Shown piece by piece: positions 10,059 through 20,502 of a DNA stretch of 64,000 bases. This stretch comes from Longimicrobiales bacterium. Its GTDB lineage: Bacteria > Gemmatimonadota > Gemmatimonadetes > Longimicrobiales > Gaopeijiaceae. A program made the position numbers and the translations under genes. The notes beneath the pieces were generated by a model. It worked only from the letters and a program-made list of their open reading frames with translations, did no database searches and had not been told where the DNA came from. The DNA is taken from NCBI GenBank assembly GCA_041690395.1, contig JAWLHJ010000003.1:320001-384000 (forward strand), written 5' to 3'. Position 1 is the first letter of the stretch. Each line of letters begins with the position of its first letter.

Positions 10059-10817
10059 ATGGCGGAAAGCGAGAGGTTGGACGGCAAGGTGGCGGTGGTC
10101 ACGGGCGCTTCGGCGGGCATCGGGGAGGCCACGGCGCTCGCCCTGGCCGAAGCGGGCGCCTCGGTGGTGCTGACCGCGCGGCGAGAGGATCGGCTGGAGG
10201 CCCTCGCGAAGCGTATCCGCGACGCGGGCGGCAAGGCCCTCGTCCACGCGGCCGACGTGGCCTCCCTGGACGATGTGCGCGCGCTCACCGACGCCGCGCT
10301 CTCCGGGTTCGGTCGTATCGACATCCTCGTGAACAACGCAGGGTTGATGCCGCTGTCGCCCCTGGCCGAGGTCCGCATCGAGGACTGGACCCGGATGGTG
10401 GACGTGAACGTGAAGGGCGTCCTCCACTGCATCGCGACCATGCTGCCGGGGATGATCGAGCGCGGCTCGGGACACGTCGTCAACGTGGGATCGCTGGCGG
10501 GCCGTCGCCCGTTTCCGGGCGGTTCCGTCTATTCGGCGACGAAGTTCGCCGTGCGCTCGCTGTCGTGGGGGATGCACCTCGAACTCGGCGCCGCGCACGG
10601 AATCAAGGTGACCGACATCCAGCCGGGCTTCGTCTCGACGGAGCTCATGGACACGGTGCCGGACCCGGAGCTCAAGGAGCGCTGGGACGAGGCGTGGAAG
10701 GGTCGGCGGACGCTGCAGCCCGAAGACGTCGCGCGATCCGTCATGTTCGCCGTAACTTCGCCGGATCACGTTTCGGTGAGCGAGGTGCTGGTGCGCCCGC
10801 TCGATCAGGCGACCTGA
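10059..10817 (+). CDS. Short-chain dehydrogenase/reductase (SDR)
   Basis: TGASAGIG, NNAG and YSATK motifs. Confidence 0.95.
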   Translation: MAESERLDGKVAVVTGASAGIGEATALALAEAGASVVLTARREDRLEALAKRIRDAGGKALVHAADVASLDDVRALTDAALSGFGRIDILVNNAGLMPLSPLAEVRIEDWTRMVDVNVKGVLHCIATMLPGMIERGSGHVVNVGSLAGRRPFPGGSVYSATKFAVRSLSWGMHLELGAAHGIKVTDIQPGFVSTELMDTVPDPELKERWDEAWKGRRTLQPEDVARSVMFAVTSPDHVSVSEVLVRPLDQAT

Positions 10818-10870
10818 CTCTTCGGGTCCGGCCGGCCCCGAACCACATCACGACCGGAGTTGGAAGAACG

Positions 10871-12925
10871 ATGGACCGGACCCCTCCCGCTCGACGCCTG
10901 GCTCTCTCGACGCTCGCGGCGCTGACGCTCCTCCTAGCGCCCGCTCTTTCCCGGGACGCACAGGCCCAGGAGCGGCCGGTCCGCCTCACCGCGGAGCCCG
11001 CGCGCGTCCAACTCGTGGTCGGCGAGGATGCGTCCCTCACGGTGACCGCCGTGGGCCCGGACGGGGAGCCGGTGGACGTGGCCGTCCGCTTCGCCGCGCC
11101 CCGCAGGGCGCTGCAGGTCCGCGACGGAAGGGTACGCGGCCTGGCCGTCGGGAGCTGGGAGGTCGTGGCGACCGCGGCCGTCGCGCCCGACGCCGACGGC
11201 GAGGTGCCGACCGTGACCGTGCCCGTCGTGGTGGATTGGCCCGCCGTGACGCGCGTGACCGTCGAAGGGGAAGGCCCGCAGCTCTACACGGGGACCACGC
11301 TCGAGCACCGGGCGGCGGCCTTCCACGCGGACGGGACGCGCCGGCCCGAGGCCGACGTGGCCTGGAGCGTGTCGGACCCCCGGGTCGCGACGGTCGACAG
11401 GTTCGGATCGGTGACGGCGCTCCAGGAAGGATCCGTGACCGTGACCGCCACGGTCCAGGGCGTCAGCGAGGACGTGGCGTATCGGGTGCTCCCCTTCCCG
11501 GCCGTCGAGCTCGAGCTCGACGGCGGCGCGGCCGAAGCCCGCACCGGAGACGTGCTCCGGTTCTCCGCGCGCGGCGTAGCAGCGGACGGCGGGAACGTCG
11601 ACGCTCTGCCCGTCACCTGGGCGTACACGTTCCAGCCCGACGACTCGATCCAGGCCCCGGGGGCGGCCGCGATCATCGACGACGGTGCGTTCGTCGCGGA
11701 GGTACCGGGCCGTTATACGGTGTTGGCCATGTCCGGCCCGCTGTCGACGCGGGCCGCGGTGCGGGTCACGCCACGCGAGGTCGTGCGCAGGGTGGAGTTT
11801 CAGGGTCAGGGACGGGTGTCCGACGTCCACACGTCGGACCTCTGGGTGTACGAGGGCGTCGATGGGCGCGACTACGCCGTGACCGGCACCTGGGGCGCCG
11901 ACGGCTGGGCGTACTTCTGGGATGTGACCGACCCGACCAACCCCGTCAGGACGGACTCCATCCAGGTGGACGCCCGGACCGTCAACGACGTGAAGGTGTC
12001 CCCCGACGGGCGCTACGCCGCCCTGTCCCGCGAGGGCGCGTCGAGCCGCAGGAACGGGGTCGTCATTCTCGACCTCACCGACCCGGCGCACCCCAGCATC
12101 GCGTCGACCTTCGACGGGAACGGGGTGACGGGGGGCGTGCACAACATGTTCGCCACCAACGATCACCTGTTCGCGCTGGCCGGTGGCGACAAGTACGTCA
12201 TTCTGGACGTCACCGACATCCGGAATCCGCGGTTCGTGAGCGAGTACAACCACCCGGACAGCCGCATCCACGACGTCTGGGTCCACGACGGCATCGCCTA
12301 TTCGTCGGAGTGGGAGAACGGCGTGGTCGTGGTCGACGTCGGCAACGGACGGTGGGGCGGGACCATCGAGAACCCGGTCTTCGTGACCAACGTCCCCTAC
12401 CCCGTCGGGCGCACGCACGCCGCGTTCCCGTACGTGCAGGAATCGACCGGCAAGGTCTACCTCTTCCTGGGCGACGAGATCCTCACGCGAGAAGGCGCCG
12501 CCTTCGAGGGCTTCGGCGGGGACGCCGCGTACGACGCGGCGACCGGCACCGGGGGCGTCCAGTCTCCGTCGAGCGGATACGTCCACATCATCGACTTCAC
12601 CGATCCCGAGAATCCGAAGGACGTGGCGCGTTACGAGATCCCCGAGGCCGGGACGCACAACATGTGGATCGAGGACGACGTCCTGTACCAGGCCTACTAC
12701 GAAGGCGGCCTGCGGCTCGTGGACATCTCCGGCGAGCTGATGGGCAACCTCGCGACCCAGGGGCGTGAGATCGCGGTCTTCAAGCCGTTCGACCCTCAGG
12801 GCTTCATGGCGAACCAGCCCAACGTCTGGGGCGCGCAGCCGCACAAGGGACACGTCTTCTTCAGCGACTTCAACTCGGGGCTCTGGTCGGTCCGGGTCCA
12901 GCCGCCCTCGCGCCCGATCTCCTGA
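10871..12925 (+). CDS. Secreted Ig-like (Big_2) + LVIVD-repeat beta-propeller protein
   Basis: Signal peptide (AQA-Q); WSVSDPRVATVD Ig repeat; repeats VVILDLTDP, YVILDVTDIRNP, VHIIDFTDPENP, LRLVDIS. Confidence 0.8.
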   Translation: MDRTPPARRLALSTLAALTLLLAPALSRDAQAQERPVRLTAEPARVQLVVGEDASLTVTAVGPDGEPVDVAVRFAAPRRALQVRDGRVRGLAVGSWEVVATAAVAPDADGEVPTVTVPVVVDWPAVTRVTVEGEGPQLYTGTTLEHRAAAFHADGTRRPEADVAWSVSDPRVATVDRFGSVTALQEGSVTVTATVQGVSEDVAYRVLPFPAVELELDGGAAEARTGDVLRFSARGVAADGGNVDALPVTWAYTFQPDDSIQAPGAAAIIDDGAFVAEVPGRYTVLAMSGPLSTRAAVRVTPREVVRRVEFQGQGRVSDVHTSDLWVYEGVDGRDYAVTGTWGADGWAYFWDVTDPTNPVRTDSIQVDARTVNDVKVSPDGRYAALSREGASSRRNGVVILDLTDPAHPSIASTFDGNGVTGGVHNMFATNDHLFALAGGDKYVILDVTDIRNPRFVSEYNHPDSRIHDVWVHDGIAYSSEWENGVVVVDVGNGRWGGTIENPVFVTNVPYPVGRTHAAFPYVQESTGKVYLFLGDEILTREGAAFEGFGGDAAYDAATGTGGVQSPSSGYVHIIDFTDPENPKDVARYEIPEAGTHNMWIEDDVLYQAYYEGGLRLVDISGELMGNLATQGREIAVFKPFDPQGFMANQPNVWGAQPHKGHVFFSDFNSGLWSVRVQPPSRPIS

Positions 12926-12968
12926 TTCACACCGCGGCGGTGGCCCGGCGCGCCGTCGGCCCCGCCCG

Positions 12969-14186
12969 TCAGGGCGTGGCGGGCTCCATCTTCCAGAACG
13001 CGATCCCGCCGGCCTGCTGGCCGACCTCGGCCGAGCCGATGCGCTCGAGGGAGCGCAGATCGAAGACGTCGACCTTCCCCGGCTCGGCGCCCTTCCCCTC
13101 GACGCTGATGAAGGCGTACCGGGAGTCGGGGGTGACGGCCACACCGTGCGTCACCGTCGTCGACGACGGAAGCACCGCGAGGCTCTCACCGGTCGTGAGG
13201 TCGAAGAACTGGACCTGGCCGGCCGTCTTGAGCGACGCAACAAGGATCCGGCCGTCCGGCGTGACGTCCAGATTGTAGGGCCCGGCCCCCGTGGGGAGCT
13301 TGCGCTCCAGCGTCCAGGACGCCCGGTCGACGACGAGGATCTCGTTGCTCCGGTTACAGGCCACGTAGACCCGGTCACCGTCCGGTGACGGCTCCGCCCA
13401 GGTGGGCGAGCAGGTCGGCGCCGTCGCTTCGTGCTCGTGGTGCATGCCCTCCATCCCTCCCATGGCGCCCTCGGCGGGCGCGGCGCGCATGCCACGGGCA
13501 CCCGTCATGATCTCCGGCTCGGCGTAGTGGGCGATGGGAGCTTCGGCGCCCGAGGCGACCGAGAAGCGCCGGGAGACCTCGAAGGTGCGCGTGTCGATCT
13601 CGACGAGCTGGTCGTCCATCATGCACATCGAATACGCGAACAGGCCATCGGGAGATAGCCGCATGCCGTGGGGCATGGTGCAGGTGGGAATCTGATCGAC
13701 CTCGACCATGTTGGGCGTGTAGACCACCGACACGGTCGACGGGACGTGCTCCCCGTGCAGGTTGAAGTTCACCACGAACGCGTAGAGACCGTCCGGCGTG
13801 ACGTCGAGCGTGGCGGGAAAGTTGCCGAGAAGGACGGGGGCGGCGACCAGCGTATCCGCGCCCGTGTCGAGCTTCCACAGCTTCCCGTCGGGGACGCCGT
13901 GCGCCGTGGTCATGTACAGGTGGCGGCCGTCCGGCGAGATCGCCAGGCCGTGCGGGCCCTCGGTCTCGACCGGGGTCTCCCCGACGGGCGTCGTGCGCTC
14001 CACCGTCACGCCGTCGGGCCCGAGCCGGACCACGTGGATCAGGTCCGCCGACTCGGCGCCGACGTAGACGTAGTAGGCCTGGTCCGTGGCCGTCGGGCTC
14101 GGAGCCGGCCCGCCCGACGGAGTCGCGGCCCCGGCACAGGCGCCGAGGAGCGGGGCGAGAGCCAGGCAGAAGAGGCGCTTGAACAT
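12969..14186 (-). CDS. YncE-like beta-propeller lipoprotein with a His/Met-rich loop
   Basis: Lipobox LLGAC; repeats PHGLAISPDG, PHGMRLSPDG, PYNLDVTPDG, THGVAVTPD; insert MGGMEGMHHEHE. Confidence 0.8.
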   Translation of the reverse strand: MFKRLFCLALAPLLGACAGAATPSGGPAPSPTATDQAYYVYVGAESADLIHVVRLGPDGVTVERTTPVGETPVETEGPHGLAISPDGRHLYMTTAHGVPDGKLWKLDTGADTLVAAPVLLGNFPATLDVTPDGLYAFVVNFNLHGEHVPSTVSVVYTPNMVEVDQIPTCTMPHGMRLSPDGLFAYSMCMMDDQLVEIDTRTFEVSRRFSVASGAEAPIAHYAEPEIMTGARGMRAAPAEGAMGGMEGMHHEHEATAPTCSPTWAEPSPDGDRVYVACNRSNEILVVDRASWTLERKLPTGAGPYNLDVTPDGRILVASLKTAGQVQFFDLTTGESLAVLPSSTTVTHGVAVTPDSRYAFISVEGKGAEPGKVDVFDLRSLERIGSAEVGQQAGGIAFWKMEPATP

Positions 14187-14370
14187 CGATCTGATCCGGG
14201 AGTTTCGGCGCTCGGGCGGCTTCCTTCACCGGAGGCGCGCGAGCGTGCGCGAGTCGGGGGCCCGAAGTCGAGCCGGAACGTCAAGTTCGTGACTCGGGCG
14301 GTCGCTCGCCAGACCCGGAGTCGCCGGGGCGGGCCACCGCGTCCATCCCTCTCCCGGAGACCTGGCGGCT

Positions 14371-15084
14371 CTACTTCCTGCGCTCGTCGGAGTCCACCAG
14401 GCCGTCGACCATACGCACGATCCGGTCGCAGCGACCGGCGATCGCCTCGTCGTGCGTCACGATGAGGAAACCGGTCCCGTGGTCCTCGTTCACCCGGCGG
14501 AGGAGGTCGAAGACGCGGTCCCCTGACTCGGTGTCCAGGTTGCCGGTCGGCTCATCGGCGAGGACCAGCGCCGGCCTCATGACGAGGGCCCTCGCGACGG
14601 CGATACGCTGCTGCTGCCCACCGGAGAGATCCGTCACCTTATATCGGGCCCGGTCCGACAGATCGACCTGTTCCAGTAACTCGAGCGCCCGCTCGCGCAT
14701 CCAACCCTCCGGCCTACCGTGCCGTGACAGCAGCGGCATCATGACGTTCTCCACCGCGGTGAACGCCATCAGCAGGTGGTGGAACTGGAAGATGAAGCCC
14801 AGCGACTCGGCCCTCATCGTGGTTCGGCCGGCGTCGTCGAGCGGCCCGGTGTCCCGGCCCTCGAGCAGGACCCGACCCGTGGTCGGCCGGTCCAGCAGCC
14901 CGAGGATGTTCAGGAGGGTGGTCTTGCCGCACCCGGAGGGCCCGGTCAGGGCGCAGAACGCACCTCCTTCCAACTCCAGATCGATACCCTTGAGGGCTTC
15001 CGTCACCACGCGCGTGCCGTAGGTCTTGCGGACGCCCTCGGCCACGAGGAGCGGTGCGGCCGCGACCGTCGCCGGCTCACCCAT
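14371..15084 (-). CDS. LolD/MacB-type ABC ATPase
   Basis: GPSGCGKT, LSGGQQQR, LADEPTGNLD, VTHD. Confidence 0.92.
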   Translation of the reverse strand: MGEPATVAAAPLLVAEGVRKTYGTRVVTEALKGIDLELEGGAFCALTGPSGCGKTTLLNILGLLDRPTTGRVLLEGRDTGPLDDAGRTTMRAESLGFIFQFHHLLMAFTAVENVMMPLLSRHGRPEGWMRERALELLEQVDLSDRARYKVTDLSGGQQQRIAVARALVMRPALVLADEPTGNLDTESGDRVFDLLRRVNEDHGTGFLIVTHDEAIAGRCDRIVRMVDGLVDSDERRK

Positions 15085-16306
15085 CGCGGATGACGGTCGC
15101 CGGATCCATGCGGGCGGCACTCCGGGCGGGAACGAGCGACGCCACCACCCCGACCCCCAACGCCACGCCGGCCGAGCGGAGGAAGAGCCATCCCGTCAGG
15201 TTGACGGGGAAGGTCGCCGAGCCGTCTGCGTTTCGCGCGACACCCTGGAAGAGCCAGGAGAGCACGGAGCCCAGGCCGATGCCCAACAGCGAGCCCACGA
15301 GCCCGAGGATGGCGCCCTGAAGAACGAAGACCAGCGTGACCGAGGAAGCCCGGGTGCCCGTCGCTCTCAGAATGCCGATCTCCCTGGACCGTTGTACGAC
15401 GGACACGGTCAGGACGCTCGCGATGCCGAGCGCCACGGCGATCACGACGAAAACCTGGATCATGACGCTGGACAGGCTCTGTGAGCGAAGACCGACCAGG
15501 AGATCCTCGTTACGGGCGATCCAGCTCTCCGTGTCGGTCCCGGTGCGCTCCGCGATCCGCGTCGCGAGCGCATCGGCCTCGAAAACGTCCCGGTTGCGAA
15601 TCTCCAGCGACGACACGCCACCCTCGAGGTCGAAGAGGTTCTGGGCACTCGGCAGGGACACAAGGACGAGGCGCTCGTTCAGGTCCGTGCTTCCGTAGTC
15701 GGACACACCCGCGACCGTGAAGACCCCGCCACGGTCTCCCGCCACCTGCAGCCGCACCCTGCCACCCACGCCCACCCCGAGTGACTCCGCGAGGCCCGTG
15801 CCGACCACCGCCCGGAATCCGTCCAGCGACAGCGCGCCTTCCACCAGCCGCTCCTCGACGTCGACGATGGCGAGGTACGACGAGGGCTCGATCCCCCGAA
15901 TGGAGACGGACACGGAGCCGAGGCCCCGCACCGCGATACCCGGTCCGTCCACGGTTGGCGCCACCGCCGTCACACCCGGCAACCGCTCGATGGAAGCCCC
16001 GATCGCCTGCCACTCCGCGATGGAGCGGACCCGCTGAGCAGGGCGTTCGACCTCCACGATCTCGATCGTTCCGGTACCTCCCCCTTCCTCCCGGGCGAGC
16101 ACCCGCGGCATCTCCTCGGGAGGACGAACCGAGACGAGGGCCTGACTGCCCAGCGTGCGATCGATCAGGCTGTCCTGCAGGCCCGTGATGAGCGCGGACA
16201 GGAAGATGATGACCCCGACTCCGACCCCGATCCCCGTCAGGATCAGAAGCGTCTGAAGGCGGCCGTCCCTCAGATAGCGGAGCGCGACGAAGAGCTCGAA
16301 CGGCAT
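15077..16306 (-). CDS. LolC/E / FtsX-type ABC permease
   Basis: ALRYL then TM1, large periplasmic domain, REIGILRATG, PARSAARMDP. Confidence 0.9.
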   Translation of the reverse strand: MPFELFVALRYLRDGRLQTLLILTGIGVGVGVIIFLSALITGLQDSLIDRTLGSQALVSVRPPEEMPRVLAREEGGGTGTIEIVEVERPAQRVRSIAEWQAIGASIERLPGVTAVAPTVDGPGIAVRGLGSVSVSIRGIEPSSYLAIVDVEERLVEGALSLDGFRAVVGTGLAESLGVGVGGRVRLQVAGDRGGVFTVAGVSDYGSTDLNERLVLVSLPSAQNLFDLEGGVSSLEIRNRDVFEADALATRIAERTGTDTESWIARNEDLLVGLRSQSLSSVMIQVFVVIAVALGIASVLTVSVVQRSREIGILRATGTRASSVTLVFVLQGAILGLVGSLLGIGLGSVLSWLFQGVARNADGSATFPVNLTGWLFLRSAGVALGVGVVASLVPARSAARMDPATVIRDG

Positions 16307-16314
16307 GGGCGGCG

Positions 16315-17484
16315 TCAGCCTCCGTTCCCGGGCCGCACGCGGTCTCCCGGCTCGACCTCGTCCGCGGCCCGGATGACGGCGTCCCCGGGTTCCAGGCCCT
16401 CGGTGACTTCGACGAACGCGTCTCCTCGCACACCCAGACCCACATCCCTGCGCTCACTTCGGCCGTCACGCGCGAGCATGACCCAGGCCTCGTCCGTGGC
16501 CAGCCCGCGCACGGCGCTCACGGGCACGGTCACGCCGGCTCGACGCCGCTCCACCTCGAGGTTCACGGAGACCGTCATGCCCGGACGGAGGTAGGGGACC
16601 GTACCGTCGATGGACAGGCGGACCTCGACGGTTCCCTGCGCGTCATCGACCGCGGGTGCCACCAGGCTCACCGTAGCCTCGAAGACGTCGTCGGGGTACG
16701 CGTCGGCGGACACCCGTGCCGGCACGCCGACCGCGATGCGAGCCAGGTTCTCCTCGGCCGGAAACGTGACCAGCTCGGTCGGCCCGTCGGCGGCCAGCGC
16801 GAGCAACCCGCGCCCGGGCTGCACGGCGTCGCCCGGCTCGACCAGTCGGCTCAGGACGGTCCCGGCGTAAGGCGCGGCGATGGTGTGCCGAGCCAATCGG
16901 GCCCGTGCAGCCTCGAGCCCCGCGCGGGCCTCCGCGACCCTCGCGGTTCCCCCGGTGCCACCTGCTCCGGCGCGGGCGGCCCTCAGCCGGCTGAGGGCGT
17001 CCGCCTCACGCTGCTCGGCCTGCTCGAGGCGCTGCTGCGTGAGCCCACCCTCGAGGACGACGGAGCGAACGCGCTCCGCGTCGCGTCGGGCTTGCTCGAG
17101 CTCGAGCTCGGCCCGTCGGATCTCGTCCTCCGCGACGGCCTCCACGTCGGCGAACCGGGCCTCGGCCTGCGCCACGAGTGCCCGGGCCTCACGGTCGTCG
17201 AGCCGCAGGAGCAGGTCGCCGGCCCCGACGGCGTCGCCCTCTCGAACCGCCACGATGTCCACCACGCCGGCGACCCCAGTGCCGACGTCCGAGCGAATCG
17301 GCGGCCGCACCCGGCCGGTCACGACGAGCGTGCGCACCACCTCCCGGGAAGCCGCCTGCACGACCTCGACCTCCGTCGTCCGCACCCTCGGGTAGAGCAC
17401 GGCGGTGGCCGCCACGACGGCCACGCCCACGACCGTCCGCACCACCCACTTCCTTCGGCCGGTCCATCCGGCCTCGGAGGTCAC
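16315..17484 (-). CDS. Periplasmic adaptor / membrane fusion protein (MacA-like)
   Basis: N-terminal TM, VREGDAV..GDLL lipoyl half-motif, coiled coil, IAAPYAGTV, LRPGMTV, EGLEPGD. GTGA overlap with the upstream gene. Confidence 0.9.
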   Translation of the reverse strand: MTSEAGWTGRRKWVVRTVVGVAVVAATAVLYPRVRTTEVEVVQAASREVVRTLVVTGRVRPPIRSDVGTGVAGVVDIVAVREGDAVGAGDLLLRLDDREARALVAQAEARFADVEAVAEDEIRRAELELEQARRDAERVRSVVLEGGLTQQRLEQAEQREADALSRLRAARAGAGGTGGTARVAEARAGLEAARARLARHTIAAPYAGTVLSRLVEPGDAVQPGRGLLALAADGPTELVTFPAEENLARIAVGVPARVSADAYPDDVFEATVSLVAPAVDDAQGTVEVRLSIDGTVPYLRPGMTVSVNLEVERRRAGVTVPVSAVRGLATDEAWVMLARDGRSERRDVGLGVRGDAFVEVTEGLEPGDAVIRAADEVEPGDRVRPGNGG

Positions 17485-18593
17485 GGGACCTCCTCCATCC
17501 GCGGGTTGTCGCGATACCATCGTCCGACCTTCGCGGCCGGCTCGCCATCGAGACGCACGACGTCCGCCGTGTAGTCGTAGCGCCCCCCCATGAGCGCGGA
17601 GCCGACCCCGTACGAGTCTACGGGCACGCCCATCTCCTCGAACATCCGGATCTTGTCGACCGTGAAGCCGCCCGAGACGGCGATGTGCACGTGTCCGAAG
17701 CCCCCGCCGTCGAGGGCCTCCCGCACGCGGTACACCAGGCGCGGGTTCACGCCGGTCGGGTCGAAGTCGCCCATCTCCTCGAAGAGCGCGCGGTCCACCA
17801 GCTTCGAAGAGGTATCGAGCCGGACGCCCCAAAGGCGCTCGCCGAGCGCCTCCGCCACCGCCAGCGACGTACCCACGCAGTCGTTGTCGAAGTCGACGAG
17901 CGAGATCACCCGCACATCGTCCGGCATCGTGTCCGCGAACGCCCGGGTCGCCCCCACCGTATCGCCACCGAACGCGGCGATGAGCGCGTGCGGCACCGTG
18001 CCGATCCCCTCGGAGCCCCACCACGACGCCTGCGCGTCGGTCGACACGCCGATGGCGCCGGCGACGTGGGCCGCCCAGCCGTCGCCGGTCTGCACCATCC
18101 AGTGGTCGTGGCGGGCCGGAAAGAACATCACCGGCCTCGGCCAGGCCGCCTCGACGACCGCGCGCGTGTTGGACGCGATCCGGGTACGTCGGGCGAGCAC
18201 GCCCAGGTAGAGGGTCTCGAGGTGCGCGAAGGCCGCATAGGGCCCGGTGACGTGCATGACCGGCTCCCAGGGCTCCGCCCCGTCCCCGTCGCGGAGCGCG
18301 CGGACCTCCAGGTCAGAGAAACGGTAGCCGTCGGTCAGGCAGAGCTTGAGGATGGCGATCGCCTCGTCGGTGCCCGCCACGAACGCGTCGTTCTTCTGGA
18401 AGACCTGCATGGTGACCTCCGCGCCGGGCCGCTCGGCCAGCACGACGTCACGGGCACGGACGAAGTACTTGTCCGAGTAGTATCCCTCGCGCATGCGGTC
18501 GACGGGAAGCTGGAAGACCGACGGGTCGAGTCGCTCCGCCGGGCGAAGCGGGTCCGGAGGTCGCGGGCGGGCCGGGTCTCGAGAATCGGTCAT
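17481..18593 (-). CDS. Nicotinate/quinolinate phosphoribosyltransferase family protein
   Basis: GYYSDKYF, FPARHDHW, GTVPHALI, LVDFDND, GVRLDTS, SGGF, YGVGS, YTADVV, AKVGR. Confidence 0.85.
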   Translation of the reverse strand: MTDSRDPARPRPPDPLRPAERLDPSVFQLPVDRMREGYYSDKYFVRARDVVLAERPGAEVTMQVFQKNDAFVAGTDEAIAILKLCLTDGYRFSDLEVRALRDGDGAEPWEPVMHVTGPYAAFAHLETLYLGVLARRTRIASNTRAVVEAAWPRPVMFFPARHDHWMVQTGDGWAAHVAGAIGVSTDAQASWWGSEGIGTVPHALIAAFGGDTVGATRAFADTMPDDVRVISLVDFDNDCVGTSLAVAEALGERLWGVRLDTSSKLVDRALFEEMGDFDPTGVNPRLVYRVREALDGGGFGHVHIAVSGGFTVDKIRMFEEMGVPVDSYGVGSALMGGRYDYTADVVRLDGEPAAKVGRWYRDNPRMEEVP

Positions 18594-18773
18594 GGGCGGC
18601 TCGGGTCGGGGGCTTAGCAGCTTGTTGCCAGCCCTCCTACCCCGGACCCGACGATGGATCCGCGGCGCCGCGCTCGGTCGACCTCCGTCGGGCCAGCTAG
18701 TATCTTCCCGTTTCGACTCTCAGCGGCCGTCCCCGCACCGAGGGCCGCCCCTTCGAACACGGAGCGACAGAGC

Positions 18774-19202
18774 ATGGCCATCCGAAGCGCCAACGCGGTT
18801 TGGGAAGGAGACCTCAAGGGAGGCCGGGGCATGGTCTCCACGGAGAGTGGGGCCCTCGACGTGCCGTACGACTTCCGGTCGCGGTTCGAGGAGGGTCAGG
18901 AGACGAACCCGGAGGAGCTGATCGGAGCGGCGCACGCAGGCTGCTTCTCCATGGCGCTCGCGAACATTCTGGCCGAGGCCGGCCACGAGCCGACCCGCGT
19001 CAGCACGACCGCCCGGGTGAAGCTCGAGATGCTCGACGACGGGCCGACCATCACGTCGATCGCGCTGAAGACCCGTGGCGTGGTGCCGGGGCTGGACGAA
19101 GCCGCCTTCCGCGAGCACGCCGAAGCGGCGAAGAAGGGCTGCCCGGTGTCGCGCGCGCTGAAGGCGGTCGACATCACCCTCGACGCCGCGCTGGAGGGCT
19201 GA
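18774..19202 (+). CDS. osmC: OsmC family peroxiredoxin
   Basis: AVWEGDLKGGRG, TNPEELIGAAHAGCFSMA, CPVS. Confidence 0.93.
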   Translation: MAIRSANAVWEGDLKGGRGMVSTESGALDVPYDFRSRFEEGQETNPEELIGAAHAGCFSMALANILAEAGHEPTRVSTTARVKLEMLDDGPTITSIALKTRGVVPGLDEAAFREHAEAAKKGCPVSRALKAVDITLDAALEG

Positions 19203-19236
19203 CCGACGGGCGGGCTCAGGGCCCGCCTACCCTCTC

Positions 19237-20460
19237 ATGATCACACTCGCGTGGATCCTGGGCGTCGCGCTGACGACGTCTTTCCTGTGCTCGATCCTCG
19301 AGGCGGTCTTCCTCTCCGTCTCGCACTCCTACACCGCGCTCCTCAAGGAAGAGGGGCACTGGGTGGGCGAGTGGCTCGAGAAGGCTCAGCGGAACATCGA
19401 CGAGCCGATCGCCGCCATCCTGACGCTGAACACGATCGCCCACTCGATGGGCGCCGCGATGGGTGGCGCCGTGGCCGCGAGGGTGTTCGGCGAAGCCTGG
19501 GTGACCGCCTTCTCGGCGGCGCTCACGCTCGCCGTGCTGCTCTTCTCCGAGATCGTGCCGAAGACCGTGGGCGCGACGTTCTGGAAGCAGCTCGTGGTTC
19601 CGTCGGTCTACGTCCTGCGCGTGATGATCGTGGTCATGAAGCCCGTCCTGATCCCCCTGGGATGGCTCTCACGAATGCTCACGCCCGACGGCGAGCAGCC
19701 GACGATCAGCCGTGCCGAGCTCGAGGTCCTGGCGGAGATCGGGCGTCGCGAGGGGGCCCTCGACGAGGACGAGTGGCGCGTGGTGTCGAGCGTCATCCGG
19801 CTCGACGAAGTGTCCATCGGCGAGGTCATGACGCCGCGTACCGACGTCGTGGCGATCGAGTCGACCGCGACCATCCAGGACGCCCGGGACACGATGCTCG
19901 AGGTCGGCCACATGCGCCTCCCTGTCTACGAGGAGAACCTCGACCACGTCCTGGGGATCGTGATCGGACGTGACGTATGGCGCGCCGACCGCGACGGGAT
20001 CACGGACCTCGAAGCCATCATGCGGCCTCTGCCCTTCGCCCCGGCTTCTAAGCCGGTCGAAGACCTCATCCCCGAGATGCGCCAACAGCGGACCAAGATG
20101 GCGGTCGTGCTCGACGAGTTCGGTGGAACCGCGGGGATCGTCACGCTGGAGGACCTCATCGAGGAGATCGTCGGCGAGATCCAGGACGAGCACGAAGCCG
20201 ACGAGCCCGTCGACTTCCAACCCCTGGCGGCCGGTCGGCTGCGCGTGTGGGGCGGCGCCTCGCTAAGGGAGGCCACCGAGCGGCTCGACTTCACGCCCGA
20301 CGAGGACGAGGACTTCGACACGGTGGGGGGGCTCGTCTTCGGACGGCTCAACCGCATTCCGTCGGTCGGCGACGAGATCGACATCGGGTCCGGCCGGCTA
20401 CGGGTGACCCGTATGCGGGGCCGGCGCATCGAGTATCTCCTCTTCCTGCCGGCCGCCTAG
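19237..20460 (+). CDS. CNNM/CorC (hemolysin-like) DUF21-CBS-CorC metal transporter
   Basis: FLCSILEA, SEIVPKT, VMTPRTD, VLDEFGGTAGIVTLEDLIEEIVGEI. Confidence 0.92.
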   Translation: MITLAWILGVALTTSFLCSILEAVFLSVSHSYTALLKEEGHWVGEWLEKAQRNIDEPIAAILTLNTIAHSMGAAMGGAVAARVFGEAWVTAFSAALTLAVLLFSEIVPKTVGATFWKQLVVPSVYVLRVMIVVMKPVLIPLGWLSRMLTPDGEQPTISRAELEVLAEIGRREGALDEDEWRVVSSVIRLDEVSIGEVMTPRTDVVAIESTATIQDARDTMLEVGHMRLPVYEENLDHVLGIVIGRDVWRADRDGITDLEAIMRPLPFAPASKPVEDLIPEMRQQRTKMAVVLDEFGGTAGIVTLEDLIEEIVGEIQDEHEADEPVDFQPLAAGRLRVWGGASLREATERLDFTPDEDEDFDTVGGLVFGRLNRIPSVGDEIDIGSGRLRVTRMRGRRIEYLLFLPAA

Positions 20461-20502
20461 AACGTCCCCGCGCGAGTAAGGCGGGCCTCGCGCAGGGCCT
20501 CG

